From contig OZ219866.1 in NCBI GenBank assembly GCA_964291675.2, positions 1,184,001 through 1,248,000 on the forward strand: a stretch of 64,000 nt of DNA, read 5' to 3'. This document shows, in pieces, positions 19,749 through 28,852 of the stretch. The notes beneath the pieces are model-generated. The model saw only the letters and a list, made by a program, of their open reading frames with translations, did no database searches and was not told the DNA's origin. Position 1 is the stretch's first letter, and each line of letters opens with the position of its first letter. Source of the stretch: Alphaproteobacteria bacterium (lineage in GTDB: Bacteria; Pseudomonadota; Alphaproteobacteria; MPNO01). The translations under genes were made by a program, and so were the position numbers.

Positions 19749-20438
19749 TCAGGGGGGGCCGAGGGCGCGGATCAGCTCGGCGGTTCCGGGGTTGGCGAAT
19801 CTGCGCTGCACCACGATGGCCCGCGCGGTCGCTCCCGGGCCGTAATAGGCCCGGTTGCGGTCCCTGTCCTCGACGGTCACCGAACCTTCGAAGGAGGCGC
19901 CGAAGAAGGCGCCCCGCGACAGCGCGTAGGAGTAGATGTCGGCGCGCAGGTTGAGCGCCGTGGCGCCTTCGTAGCCGACCCCGAACGGGCCGGCGGCGAT
20001 GGACGCATCCGCGCCCAGCTTGAGCTTGGCCTGGAGCATGGCTTCCAGCGTCCGGTGCGACATGATCAGGAAGACCACCTCGGAGTCCTGGAACCCGAAC
20101 TGGAGCCCGATGCTGCCGGTGCCGATGTCGTAGAAGGCGGGGTTGCTCCACCGCCCCTGGCGGTCGCGCGCCAGCAGGACGCCGCTGCCGCCCTCGCCGC
20201 CGATCAGGAAGCTCGCCTTGATCAGGCTGGGGACGATCAGCACCGCCTGCGCCCGGCGGAGCAGCCCGGCGAACGGCCTGGTCTCGGGATTGCGGCGCAT
20301 CTTCTCGACGGTATAGCGCGCGTTGTCGACCAGCGCCTGCGGGGAGGACGCGGCCTCCGCCGGGACCGCCGCCATCGTCATCAGCGCCGCCGTCAGACCC
20401 GCCGCGGCGGCGTTTCTCGACCTCAACCCTGCAAGCAT
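19749..20438 (-). CDS. Lipid-binding SYLF (Ysc84-like) domain protein, exported
   Basis: KASFLIGGEGGSGVL, GLQFG, SRGAFFGASFEG, NRAYYG. Confidence 0.85.
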   Translation of the reverse strand: MLAGLRSRNAAAAGLTAALMTMAAVPAEAASSPQALVDNARYTVEKMRRNPETRPFAGLLRRAQAVLIVPSLIKASFLIGGEGGSGVLLARDRQGRWSNPAFYDIGTGSIGLQFGFQDSEVVFLIMSHRTLEAMLQAKLKLGADASIAAGPFGVGYEGATALNLRADIYSYALSRGAFFGASFEGSVTVEDRDRNRAYYGPGATARAIVVQRRFANPGTAELIRALGPP

Positions 20439-20692
20439 CGCGAACTCCCGCTGAACGGCACTCGACGGGGCCGGTCCGACCCTGGGGCTAACATGGTCGG
20501 TCCCGCCCGGTTGGCAAGAATCGCGGCCGGACGGCGGGGTTTCCGGCACCCGTCGCGACCCTGATTATAAGAAAAACTCATCACTATGTTCATAAATCGG
20601 GATGAGACTTAATGATCCGGGGCCCTTAGACTTACCACCTCCCGTTGTAGGAGGGAATTTGCTATCAACCGTACGCGTAAGGGAGAGTTCCG

Positions 20693-21313
20693 ATGAGAGA
20701 CGGCAACAAGATGGAGAGAACGGCGGCGCGCGGCGAAACAGGCGGGCAGCGCGCCCCGGCGCCGTCGCCGGCGTTCGATCGCGACCGGACGCTGCTGATC
20801 GTCGACGACGACGCCCCGTTCCGCACCCGGCTCGCCCGGATCATGGAATCGCGCGGCTTCGACTGCGAAGCCGCCGCGTCGGTGGCCGAGGGGGTGATGG
20901 CCGCCAGCCGCCGTCCGCCGTCCTACGCCCTGCTCGATCTCCGGCTGGAGGACGGCAGCGGGCTCGAGGTGGTGAAGGCGATCCACGCCAAGCGCACCGA
21001 CACCAAGATCGTCATGCTGACCGGCTACGGCAACATCGCCACGGCGGTCGCGGCGGTCAAGGCGGGCGCGGTCGACTACCTCGCCAAGCCGGCGACCGCC
21101 GATGCCATCGAGGCCGCCCTGCTGGCCCAGGGCGACCTGCCGCCGCCGCCCCAGCACCCGATGTCGGCCGACCGGGTGCGCTGGGAGCATATCCAGCGGG
21201 TCTACGAACAATGCGACCGCAACGTGTCCGAGACCGCGCGGCGCCTCAACATGCACCGCCGCACCCTGCAGCGCATCCTCGCCAAGCGGGCGCCGCTGGA
21301 AAGGGCGCTGTGA
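20693..21313 (+). CDS. regA: RegA/PrrA/ActR redox response regulator
   Basis: LTGYGNIATAV and PMSADRVRWEHIQRVYEQCDRNVSETARRLNMHRRTLQRILAKR. Confidence 0.95.
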   Translation: MRDGNKMERTAARGETGGQRAPAPSPAFDRDRTLLIVDDDAPFRTRLARIMESRGFDCEAAASVAEGVMAASRRPPSYALLDLRLEDGSGLEVVKAIHAKRTDTKIVMLTGYGNIATAVAAVKAGAVDYLAKPATADAIEAALLAQGDLPPPPQHPMSADRVRWEHIQRVYEQCDRNVSETARRLNMHRRTLQRILAKRAPLERAL

Positions 21314-21337
21314 ACGCCGGCCGCGCAAGGCGGCGGG

Positions 21338-21796
21338 TCAGGCGCCGGGATCGATCCGGCGCTGCAGCCGCGCCGCCGCGGCGAGCGCGAAACGCACCGT
21401 CTGGCGCCGCTTGCGCGAGCCGTTGACCGGCACCTTCGCCGCCGCCCGGCGCACCGCGCCGCCATAGGCGTCGGCGACGATCACGCCGCAATCGCCGGGC
21501 AGCAGCCGGTCGGGGAAGCGCTCGGAGACGGCGAAGTAGAAACGCTCGCAGAACGGCGGGTATTCGCGCCACTTGCGGTCGCTGCGGAAGTCCTCGACCG
21601 ACGACTTGACCTCGACGATGACGAACTCGCCCGAATCGTTGAGGCCGATCAGGTCCACCCTGCGGCCGTTGGTCAGGCGGAACTCGTACAGCACCGCATA
21701 GCCGAGATCGGCGAGCAGCCGTGCCGCGCCGCGCCGCAGCCGGGCTTCGGCGCCTTCCCTCCCCGGGACGGTCGGTGCGGGTGCGGTGTCGGGCAT
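21338..21796 (-). CDS. mmcB: MmcB family DNA repair endonuclease
   Basis: GRRVD, IVEVKSS..DFRSDRKW..Y..FC; convergent with regA as in many Alphaproteobacteria. Confidence 0.85.
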   Translation of the reverse strand: MPDTAPAPTVPGREGAEARLRRGAARLLADLGYAVLYEFRLTNGRRVDLIGLNDSGEFVIVEVKSSVEDFRSDRKWREYPPFCERFYFAVSERFPDRLLPGDCGVIVADAYGGAVRRAAAKVPVNGSRKRRQTVRFALAAAARLQRRIDPGA

Positions 21797-21929
21797 CGGT
21801 CCCGTCGCCACCGGAACAAAGCGTGATCATAGCGCCTGCGCAAGCCGCGTGAACGACTTTCTCGCGCGTGCTTTGACGCCGCCTCGCGGGGCCCTATCAT
21901 CGCGCCTCGGCAGCGCTGGCGGCAGGGCC

Positions 21930-23264
21930 ATGGCGAAACGGAGAATGCTGCGCCTCGGCGCCTTCATGCGCCCGGTGACCATCCATACCGGGTCGTGGCG
22001 CTACCCGGGCGCCTGGCCGGACGCGAATTTCAACTTCGCCCGCATCGAGCGCTTCGCCCGCACCCTCGAACGCGGCCGGTTCGACGCCTTCTTCATGGCC
22101 GACCACCTGGCCGTGCTGAACATGCCGATGGAGGCGCTGAAGCGGAGCGCCACCGTCACCTCGTTCGAGCCGATGACGCTGCTGCCGGCGCTGGCCATGG
22201 TCACCAAGCGCCTGGGTTTGATCGCCACCGGCTCGACCACCTATGACGAGCCCTACCACGTCGCCCGGCGCTTCGCCTCGCTCGACCATATCAGCGGCGG
22301 GCGGGCCGGCTGGAACGTGGTCACCACGTCGAACCCCGACGCCTCGCGCAATTTCGGCCGCGACGAGCATCTCGAACACGCGCTGCGCTACCGCCGCGCG
22401 CGCGAGTTCTTCGACGTGGTGACGGGGCTGTGGGACAGCTGGGAGGACGACGCCTTCCTGCGCGACCAGGAGAGCGGCATCTTCTTCGACCCGGAGAAGC
22501 TCCACGTGCTCGGCCACAGGGGCGAGCATTTCGACGTGCGCGGGCCGCTCAACATCGCCCGGCCGGTGCAGGGCTGGCCGGTGATCGTCCAGGCCGGCGC
22601 GTCGGATGCCGGGCGCCAGCTCGCCGCCGAGACCGCCGAGGCGGTGTTCGCCGCCGCCGCCGATCTCGAGGCCGGCCGCGAATTCTACGCCGACGTCAAG
22701 GGCAGGATGGAGAAGGCCGGGCGCGACCCCGACCGGATGAAGATCCTGCCGGGCTGCATGGTGGTGGTCGGCGACTCGCTGGACGAGGCGCGGGAGAAGC
22801 GCGCGCTGCTCGACAGCAAGGTGCATTTCGACAGCGCCGTCGCCGCGCTGTCGATCTCGCTCGGCCACGACGCCTCCAAATTCGATCCCGACGGCCCGCT
22901 GCCGGAGATCCCGGAGAGCAACGCGTCCAAGTCGGGGCGCGACCGCGCGATCGCGCTGGCACGGCGCGAGAAGCTGACGGTGCGCCAGCTCGCCCAGCGC
23001 CTCGGCGGCTATTCCGGGCTCTGCATGCTCGGCACGCCCGGGCAGATCGCCGACGAGATGGAGGAGTGGCTGGAGACCCGGGGCAGCGACGGGTTCAACC
23101 TGATGTTCCCCTATCTGCCCGAAGGGCTCGACGACTTCGTCGACCGCGTGGTGCCGGTGCTGCAGCGCCGCGGGCTGTTTCGCCGCGACTACGAAGGCGC
23201 TACGCTGCGCGACAATCTGGGGCTGCGGCGGCCGGAGAGCCGCTACGCCCGCGCACGGGGCTGA
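21930..23264 (+). CDS. LLM-class flavin monooxygenase (NtaA/SnaA/DszA family)
   Basis: FDAFFMAD, LDHISGGRAGWNVVT, QAGAS. Confidence 0.92.
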   Translation: MAKRRMLRLGAFMRPVTIHTGSWRYPGAWPDANFNFARIERFARTLERGRFDAFFMADHLAVLNMPMEALKRSATVTSFEPMTLLPALAMVTKRLGLIATGSTTYDEPYHVARRFASLDHISGGRAGWNVVTTSNPDASRNFGRDEHLEHALRYRRAREFFDVVTGLWDSWEDDAFLRDQESGIFFDPEKLHVLGHRGEHFDVRGPLNIARPVQGWPVIVQAGASDAGRQLAAETAEAVFAAAADLEAGREFYADVKGRMEKAGRDPDRMKILPGCMVVVGDSLDEAREKRALLDSKVHFDSAVAALSISLGHDASKFDPDGPLPEIPESNASKSGRDRAIALARREKLTVRQLAQRLGGYSGLCMLGTPGQIADEMEEWLETRGSDGFNLMFPYLPEGLDDFVDRVVPVLQRRGLFRRDYEGATLRDNLGLRRPESRYARARG

Positions 23265-23268
23265 TCCG

Positions 23269-24084
23269 ATGGCCAAGCTGCTCAGCGATGCCGAGCTCGC
23301 GCAGTGGCGGCGCTGCGGCGCGGTGTGGCCGCTCGACCTGCTGACGGCGGACGAGGCGGCGGCGCTCCGCGCGCGCTACGAGGCGCTCGATGCGGCCACC
23401 GAGGGCGGCGCGCAGTCGCGCTACCGGATCAAGGCGCATCTGCCCTTCCCCTGGCTCTGGCGGGTGATCCGCCTGCCCCGCCTGGCCGATGCGATCGAGG
23501 ACCTGCTGGGCCCCGACCTGGTCTGCTGGGGCTCGTCCTTCTTCGCCAAGCCGGCGCACGATCCGGGCTTCATCTCCTGGCACCAGGACTCGACCTATTA
23601 CGGGCTGGAGCCGCCCGAATCGGTGACCGCGTGGATCGCCTTCAGCGACGCGACCAGCGAGGCGGGCTGCATGAAGATCGTCGCCGGCTCCCATCTCGGC
23701 CCGGAGATCCTGCCGCATGACGAGATCCCCGACCCCGACAACATGCTGGTGCGCGGCCAGACCGTGCGGGGCGTCGACGAGACGCTCGCGGTCGAGATGC
23801 CGCTCGCGGCGGGGCAAATGTCGATCCACCACAACAAGACCATCCATTCGTCGGAGCCCAACCGGGCGGGCTGGCCGCGCATCGGCTTCGCGGTCCATTT
23901 CGCCGCCACCCATGTCCGCCAGATGCAGTTCGACGGCGCCACCGCGATCCTGCTCCGGGGTGCCGACCGCGAAGGCAACTGGCTGCCCGACCCCGAGCCC
24001 GCGGCGGATTTCGACCCGGCCTGCCTGGCCGCCCTCGACGTGTCCTGGACGCGCTACCGGACGGCGATGCGGGCGCAGCGCTAG
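23269..24084 (+). CDS. Phytanoyl-CoA dioxygenase family protein
   Basis: WHQDSTYYGL, HSSEPN; paralog of the gene at 2-751. Confidence 0.88.
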   Translation: MAKLLSDAELAQWRRCGAVWPLDLLTADEAAALRARYEALDAATEGGAQSRYRIKAHLPFPWLWRVIRLPRLADAIEDLLGPDLVCWGSSFFAKPAHDPGFISWHQDSTYYGLEPPESVTAWIAFSDATSEAGCMKIVAGSHLGPEILPHDEIPDPDNMLVRGQTVRGVDETLAVEMPLAAGQMSIHHNKTIHSSEPNRAGWPRIGFAVHFAATHVRQMQFDGATAILLRGADREGNWLPDPEPAADFDPACLAALDVSWTRYRTAMRAQR

Positions 24085-24103
24085 CCCCGCCGGGCAGGCC
24101 TAA

Positions 24104-24119
24104 TGTTTCACGTGAAACA
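24104..24119. promoter_or_regulatory. parS centromere site (perfect)
   Basis: TGTTTCACGTGAAACA 16-bp palindrome matching the parS consensus, intergenic. Confidence 0.9.
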
Positions 24120-24140
24120 ATGGTCAGCATTGTTGACCTA

Positions 24141-24156
24141 TGTTTCACGTCAAACA
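24141..24156. promoter_or_regulatory. parS site (1 mismatch)
   Basis: TGTTTCACGTCAAACA, starting 37 bp after the first site. Confidence 0.8.
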
Positions 24157-24281
24157 CTGCCCGAAACGGGCAAATTCGCGCCCCCCGGGGACGCCGCGAC
24201 CTCGCGCCGCGGCGGCGCCGCGGCGGGGTTTGCCGCCCGCCCCGGCGGCTTGCCGGAGACTCTTGGGAGACCGGTTCGGGT

Positions 24282-25139
24282 TCAGCCCCGAAGGTGGCGG
24301 TCGAAGAACCGGGCCAGCGGGTCGAAGGAGGTCGGCGAGGAGCGCGTCGCCTGGTCGATATAGACCACCTCGATCTCGCCCCCGGCGGCGCGGTAGCCGG
24401 CGGCGAAGCGCTCGGGCTCGTTGAGCGCGGCGCCGCCGTCGAGGTCGAGATAGTCGTGCACCTCGTCGGGCCGGCCCTGCACCCAGAGCGCGGGCGGCGT
24501 CTCGACCGCCTCGCCGCGCTCCAGCGCCAGCAGCGGGTTGCCCTCTTCCATCGCCGCCTCGGTGACCCAGTATGTGTCGTGGCATTCGCGGATCCCGGCC
24601 ACCCAGGCGGGCGGCTCGGCGCGCGCCTCGACGCGCGCGGCGTGGCGGTAGCGCGACAGCGGGTTGATCACCGGCCACGACATGCCGACGCAGCGCACGC
24701 GCGCGTCGACATCGGCGGCGCCGTCGAGCGGGATGGCGGCATAGCGCGGATCGTGCGGGCGCATCGCCGCCAGCATGGCGAGATGGCCGCCGCTCGACTG
24801 GCCGCTGAGGCCGATGCGCCCGGCATCGGCGCCGAACTCCCCGGCATGGGCCTTGAACCAGCGGATCGCGTAGTTGATGTCGGCGAGCGAGCTCGGATAG
24901 CCGTCCCCGGCATGGCGGAAATCGATCGCCGCGGCGACGATCCCGGAATCGGCCAGCGCCTCGTCGCGCTCCCGGCAGGTGGTCAGGTCGCCCCGGTTCC
25001 AGGCGCCGCCGTGGAGGTCGATCACCGCCGGGAACGGGCCCTCGCCGTCGGGCGCGAACACCCGCATCGTGAGCGGCGTGCCGCCGTGATGCAGATACGC
25101 GATGTCGGTGGTCGCGATGGTGCGCACGTCGCTCGCCAT
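24282..25139 (-). CDS. HSL-family alpha/beta hydrolase (esterase)
   Basis: HGGAW and GQSSGGHLA motifs. Confidence 0.85.
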   Translation of the reverse strand: MASDVRTIATTDIAYLHHGGTPLTMRVFAPDGEGPFPAVIDLHGGAWNRGDLTTCRERDEALADSGIVAAAIDFRHAGDGYPSSLADINYAIRWFKAHAGEFGADAGRIGLSGQSSGGHLAMLAAMRPHDPRYAAIPLDGAADVDARVRCVGMSWPVINPLSRYRHAARVEARAEPPAWVAGIRECHDTYWVTEAAMEEGNPLLALERGEAVETPPALWVQGRPDEVHDYLDLDGGAALNEPERFAAGYRAAGGEIEVVYIDQATRSSPTSFDPLARFFDRHLRG

Positions 25140-25308
25140 GTCCGGTCTCCCGCGTCGCCGTTCGGACGATGGTACGCGGGTTGGCGCCGCTTGCGAAAGC
25201 CTGGCGGTTTCGCCGCATCGCGATTCGCTCTACCCTGCCCCGACGCATGGATCGAGCGGCGGGCAGCACCGCAACCGGGTCGATCGAGGCGTGCTTGAGG
25301 GACTCGCG

Positions 25309-25923
25309 ATGGATCGTGTCTTCATTTACTGGGACAACTCGAACCTTTTCATCAGCGCCCGTGACGTCGCGGTCGAGCGCGAAGGCGCCACGGCCCGTCA
25401 TCGTGTGCGCGTCCAATTCCGGCATCTCCTGGAATTGGCGCGCGCAGGCCGCGATATCGAGCACGCGATCGCCGTGGGATCCGTCCCGCCGGAGCTTCGA
25501 CACGTCTGGAATCGGCTGGAGAACGAGGGCGTGACCGTTCAGCTCCTGGAACGGGGTGCGTTGGAGGGCCGGGAACAGGGCGTGGACCAGACGCTGCAGA
25601 CCGCAATGTTGCGCGATGCGTTCGACTACAACGGAGATCCCGGCATCGCGGTATTGCTGACCGGAGACGGGAGCGGCTTCATCGACGGCGTCGGCTTCCA
25701 CGCCGACCTCGAACGCATGCACAGCCGGGGATGGCGGATCGAGGTGTTGTCGTGGCGGCACAGCTGCAATCGCCGAATGCGGGAATGGGCCGAACAAAAC
25801 GGCAAGTTCGTGGCACTCGACGACTTCTGCGACAGCATAACCTTTCTGGAGCGCTCGATGCCGGGCGATCCTATCGCCCAACCGCGCCACGCGGTTCCCG
25901 TCGATCTGGACAGACGCGCGTGA
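25309..25923 (+). CDS. NYN (PIN-fold) domain protein
   Basis: YWDNSN, EQGVD, LLTGDG acidic motifs. Confidence 0.82.
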   Translation: MDRVFIYWDNSNLFISARDVAVEREGATARHRVRVQFRHLLELARAGRDIEHAIAVGSVPPELRHVWNRLENEGVTVQLLERGALEGREQGVDQTLQTAMLRDAFDYNGDPGIAVLLTGDGSGFIDGVGFHADLERMHSRGWRIEVLSWRHSCNRRMREWAEQNGKFVALDDFCDSITFLERSMPGDPIAQPRHAVPVDLDRRA

Positions 25924-25984
25924 CCGATCTTGACGCGGTGTGCCCAGGCCAGTCGTTGGCATGAGAAGTTGGAAGGGGATGGAC

Positions 25985-26440
25985 ATGAGCCTGATCGAAG
26001 CCGGCGCGGCGGCGCCCGCCTTCTCGATGGTCAACCAGGACGGCGAGCGGGTCGGCCTCGACGACTTCGCCGGAAGCTACGTGCTGCTCTGGTGGTACCC
26101 GAAGGCCTCGACCCCGGGGTGAACCGCCGAGGGCCAGGGGTTCCGTGATCGAATCCAGGATTTTGAGGACCGGAACACCGTCATCCTCGGCGTGAGCTTC
26201 GACCCGACCGAGGCCAACCGGCGGTTCCGCGAGAAGCAGGGCTTTCCCTACGACCTCCTGAGCGACCTCGACAAGACGGCGAGCATCGCCTATGGCGTGG
26301 CGACGGCGGACGACCAGCGCACCCCGCGCCGCTCGGTGCTGATCGCGCCCGACGGCACCGTCGCCGCCGCCTACGCCACGGTCAAGCCGGCCGAGCATCC
26401 CGACCGGGTGCTCGCCGACCTCGATTCGCTCGGCGGGTGA
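25985..26440 (+). CDS. bcp: BCP-type peroxiredoxin with in-frame TGA at the peroxidatic Cys (probable selenoprotein)
   Basis: YPKASTPG-[TGA 26120-26122]-TAEGQGFRD continues in frame to GVSFD...LLSD; downstream hairpin. Confidence 0.82.
26138..26156 (+). promoter_or_regulatory. Putative bacterial SECIS hairpin
   Basis: GGGTTC-CGTGATC-GAATCC stem-loop; loop begins 22 nt after the UGA and has GU at loop positions 2-3. Confidence 0.55.
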
Positions 26441-26757
26441 CGGGGTGCGTCCTTCGATCGGGGCTTGTGCGCTAGCCAATCCCGCTGGAAAGAACGCGGA
26501 TACGATAGGGCAGCACAACAAAATCTGCGCGTGGGGGACTTCCGACGGGGAAGACCCGGATCACGGTGAGAAGGTCACAGAGTCTGCCCGTCGATCCGGT
26601 ACACGCTCCAGACCCGGCCAGACACATAGCCGCCCCCTGCGAGGACCGGCCGCAACCTCCGGCTCGGCGGGGCGCACAACAAAGAAATTATAGCCGCTTG
26701 GAGATCGCGGACCGGCCGGACCGCGGTCGCAGCGGTCCGAGCGTCTCGTCCCCGCCG

Positions 26758-28101
26758 CTACTCCGCGGCCTCGGCCGGCGTCTTCGGGCTGTTGGCGGCG
26801 ATGGTCTGCATGTTGTTGCGCCGGGTGACGAATTTTTCCGGGCCCTCGTAGACGCCGTCCGGGATGTCGAAATAGCCGGAATCGAACTGCGCCTCGTCGG
26901 TCAGCCGCATGGCGATCGAGTCGAACGGGCACACGTCCATGCAGAGCTCGCAGCCGATGCAGGTCTCGGGATGGACCTCGACCTTGCCCGCCGGGCTCTG
27001 CGACAGCGCCTCGTAGAAGCACATCTGGATGCAGATCGTGCAGCTCGGGTTCTGGCAGGTGTCCTCGTTGACCACCGCGTGCACGCGGTCGCGGGCGAAC
27101 TGCTCGGCATAGTCCTTCGCCGCCCGGCGCGAGGCGATCCCCCGCATCGACTCGACGTCCGGGTAGCCGTGCTCGTCCATGAAGCGCTCGACCCCGTTGA
27201 TGATGTTGGGCAGCCACTTCATGCCCTTGATCATCAGCACCGAGCCGATCTCCACCACATTCGCGCCGGTCATCAGGAACTCGACCGCGTCGCGGTGGTC
27301 GAAGATGCCGTTGGTGCCGGCGATCGGGATGCCGACCTGGGTGTAGATGTTGTGCACCCATCTGAGCGTCAGCGGCTTGACCCAGGTGCCGCCGATGCCC
27401 GCCGTGCCGGCGAGCCGGGGCTCCGCCGCCTCGATGTCGACCGCGAACCCGGTATGGCGGTTGGTCGCGGTGACCGCCGCCGCGCCCGCCTTCTGCACCG
27501 CGCGGGCGATCTCGACCGGGCGCGACTGGTCCGGGGTGAGCTTGACCACGACCGGGATGTCGACCGCCTCGACCACCTGGCGGGTGACCTCGAAGGCGAT
27601 GTCCTCTTCCTGGCTGATCATGCTGCCGCCGTGGACGCCCGGCATCAGGGCGGGGTGCGGGCAGCCGAAATTGAGCTCGACCATGGGCAGCCCGCAATCC
27701 TCGATGGTGCGGCAGATGTCCTTCCAGCCGTCGACCTCCTTGGCGCCGGCCGAGCCGATCAGATGCGCCCCGCGCTCGGCGGCATAGGCGCCGACCTCCT
27801 TGAGATAGGGGATCCAGTCCTTGTAGTAGGTGCTGGAATAGCCCGACCGGCTGTAGAACACGAAGTCGCGCGGCACCTTGCCCTTGATGATGTCGCCGCG
27901 GTCGTTGAGGATCGCGTATTTCGAGTTCTGCGTGAGCCGCGCCATGTCCTCCATGTCGGTCAGCGTCTTGACGATGGCCCCCGCCGCCCCGTAGTCGAAG
28001 CACTGCTTCATCAGGTCGGGGCTGTTGGTGGTCTCCAGCGAGGCGACCACCACCGGGTTCTTGAACGGGATGCCGCAAAACTCGACTGCCATGTCTGCCA
28101 T
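26758..28101 (-). CDS. PreA-like dihydropyrimidine/dihydroorotate dehydrogenase FMN subunit with C-terminal 4Fe-4S dicluster
   Basis: ELNFGCPH, VKLTP; CTICIQMC and CIGCELCMDVCP. Confidence 0.8.
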   Translation of the reverse strand: MADMAVEFCGIPFKNPVVVASLETTNSPDLMKQCFDYGAAGAIVKTLTDMEDMARLTQNSKYAILNDRGDIIKGKVPRDFVFYSRSGYSSTYYKDWIPYLKEVGAYAAERGAHLIGSAGAKEVDGWKDICRTIEDCGLPMVELNFGCPHPALMPGVHGGSMISQEEDIAFEVTRQVVEAVDIPVVVKLTPDQSRPVEIARAVQKAGAAAVTATNRHTGFAVDIEAAEPRLAGTAGIGGTWVKPLTLRWVHNIYTQVGIPIAGTNGIFDHRDAVEFLMTGANVVEIGSVLMIKGMKWLPNIINGVERFMDEHGYPDVESMRGIASRRAAKDYAEQFARDRVHAVVNEDTCQNPSCTICIQMCFYEALSQSPAGKVEVHPETCIGCELCMDVCPFDSIAMRLTDEAQFDSGYFDIPDGVYEGPEKFVTRRNNMQTIAANSPKTPAEAAE

Positions 28102-28164
28102 CGGATATCTCCGCGCTTCGGGGGCGTTAAGCTCAGTATACTGACAATTCTCCGCCGCCGTAAC

Positions 28165-28476
28165 CTATTCCTCGGGCTCGGTGGTGAACATCAGCGGGTG
28201 GCCGTGCTCGCGCCCGAGATCGGTCGCCTCCGTCGCCTTGGTCTCGGCGATGTCGCGGGTATAGACCGCGACCACGCATGACCCCTTGGTGTGCGCCGTC
28301 GCCATCACCCGGTAGGCCTCGTCGTCGTTCATCTTGAACACCGCCCTGAGCACCAGGATCACGAACTCGCGCGGCGTGTAGTCGTCGTTGAGCAGGATGA
28401 CCTTGTGCAGCCGGGGCCGCTCGGTCTTGCTCTCGGTCTTCGTCTTGGTGCGCTGATCGGTGTCGACGTCCCGCAT
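28165..28476 (-). CDS. clpS: ATP-dependent Clp protease adaptor ClpS
   Basis: KVILLNDDYTPREFV, AHTKG, HPLMFTTEPEE. Confidence 0.93.
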   Translation of the reverse strand: MRDVDTDQRTKTKTESKTERPRLHKVILLNDDYTPREFVILVLRAVFKMNDDEAYRVMATAHTKGSCVVAVYTRDIAETKATEATDLGREHGHPLMFTTEPEE

Positions 28477-28526
28477 GCGCCAGGCCCCGCAACCGCCTGC
28501 GCTCTAGCCTCGCACGGTTCCGCGCC
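28432..28526. repeat. Direct repeat copy 1 (clpS 5' end and upstream)
   Basis: Ungapped match to 34461-34555 at offset 6029 (blocks 42/48 and 20/21 identical). Confidence 0.8.
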
Positions 28527-28648
28527 CCGGTCCAGCGCGCGCGGCCCGGCGCAGCCGAACGGAGCTGCGCCCTTTTCTTTTCCCCCCGGCCGGTAGATCA
28601 TGCGCGGGAACCGGCGGCCGGACGGGCAGGGGGCGCGGGAAGCGGGCG

Positions 28649-28852
28649 ATGAAGGTGCGGGTCGATCCGGATCGCTGCGAGGGGCACAATCGCTGCCACG
28701 CGCTGGCGCCCGAGCTGTTCGAGCTGGACGATCTGGGCAATGCGACGGCAACCGGCGGCGGCGCCGTGCCGCCGGGGCTGGAAGGCAAGGCCCGGCTCGC
28801 CGCGGCCAACTGCCCGGAATACGCCATAGACACCGTGGAGGACGCGGGATGA
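28649..28852 (+). CDS. Ferredoxin (P450-associated 3Fe-4S type)
   Basis: CEGHNRC...NCPEYAI; ATGA overlap with P450. Confidence 0.9.
   Translation: MKVRVDPDRCEGHNRCHALAPELFELDDLGNATATGGGAVPPGLEGKARLAAANCPEYAIDTVEDAG

Noticed and set aside
24103-24424. ORFs beginning MFHVKQ/MFHVKH
   Set aside because: These are translations of the parS palindromes, not genes
28490-28522. GGAAC...GTT as an ECF (EcfG-type) promoter for clpS
   Set aside because: Spacing is about 22-23 nt in both repeat copies, too long for the 16-17 nt consensus
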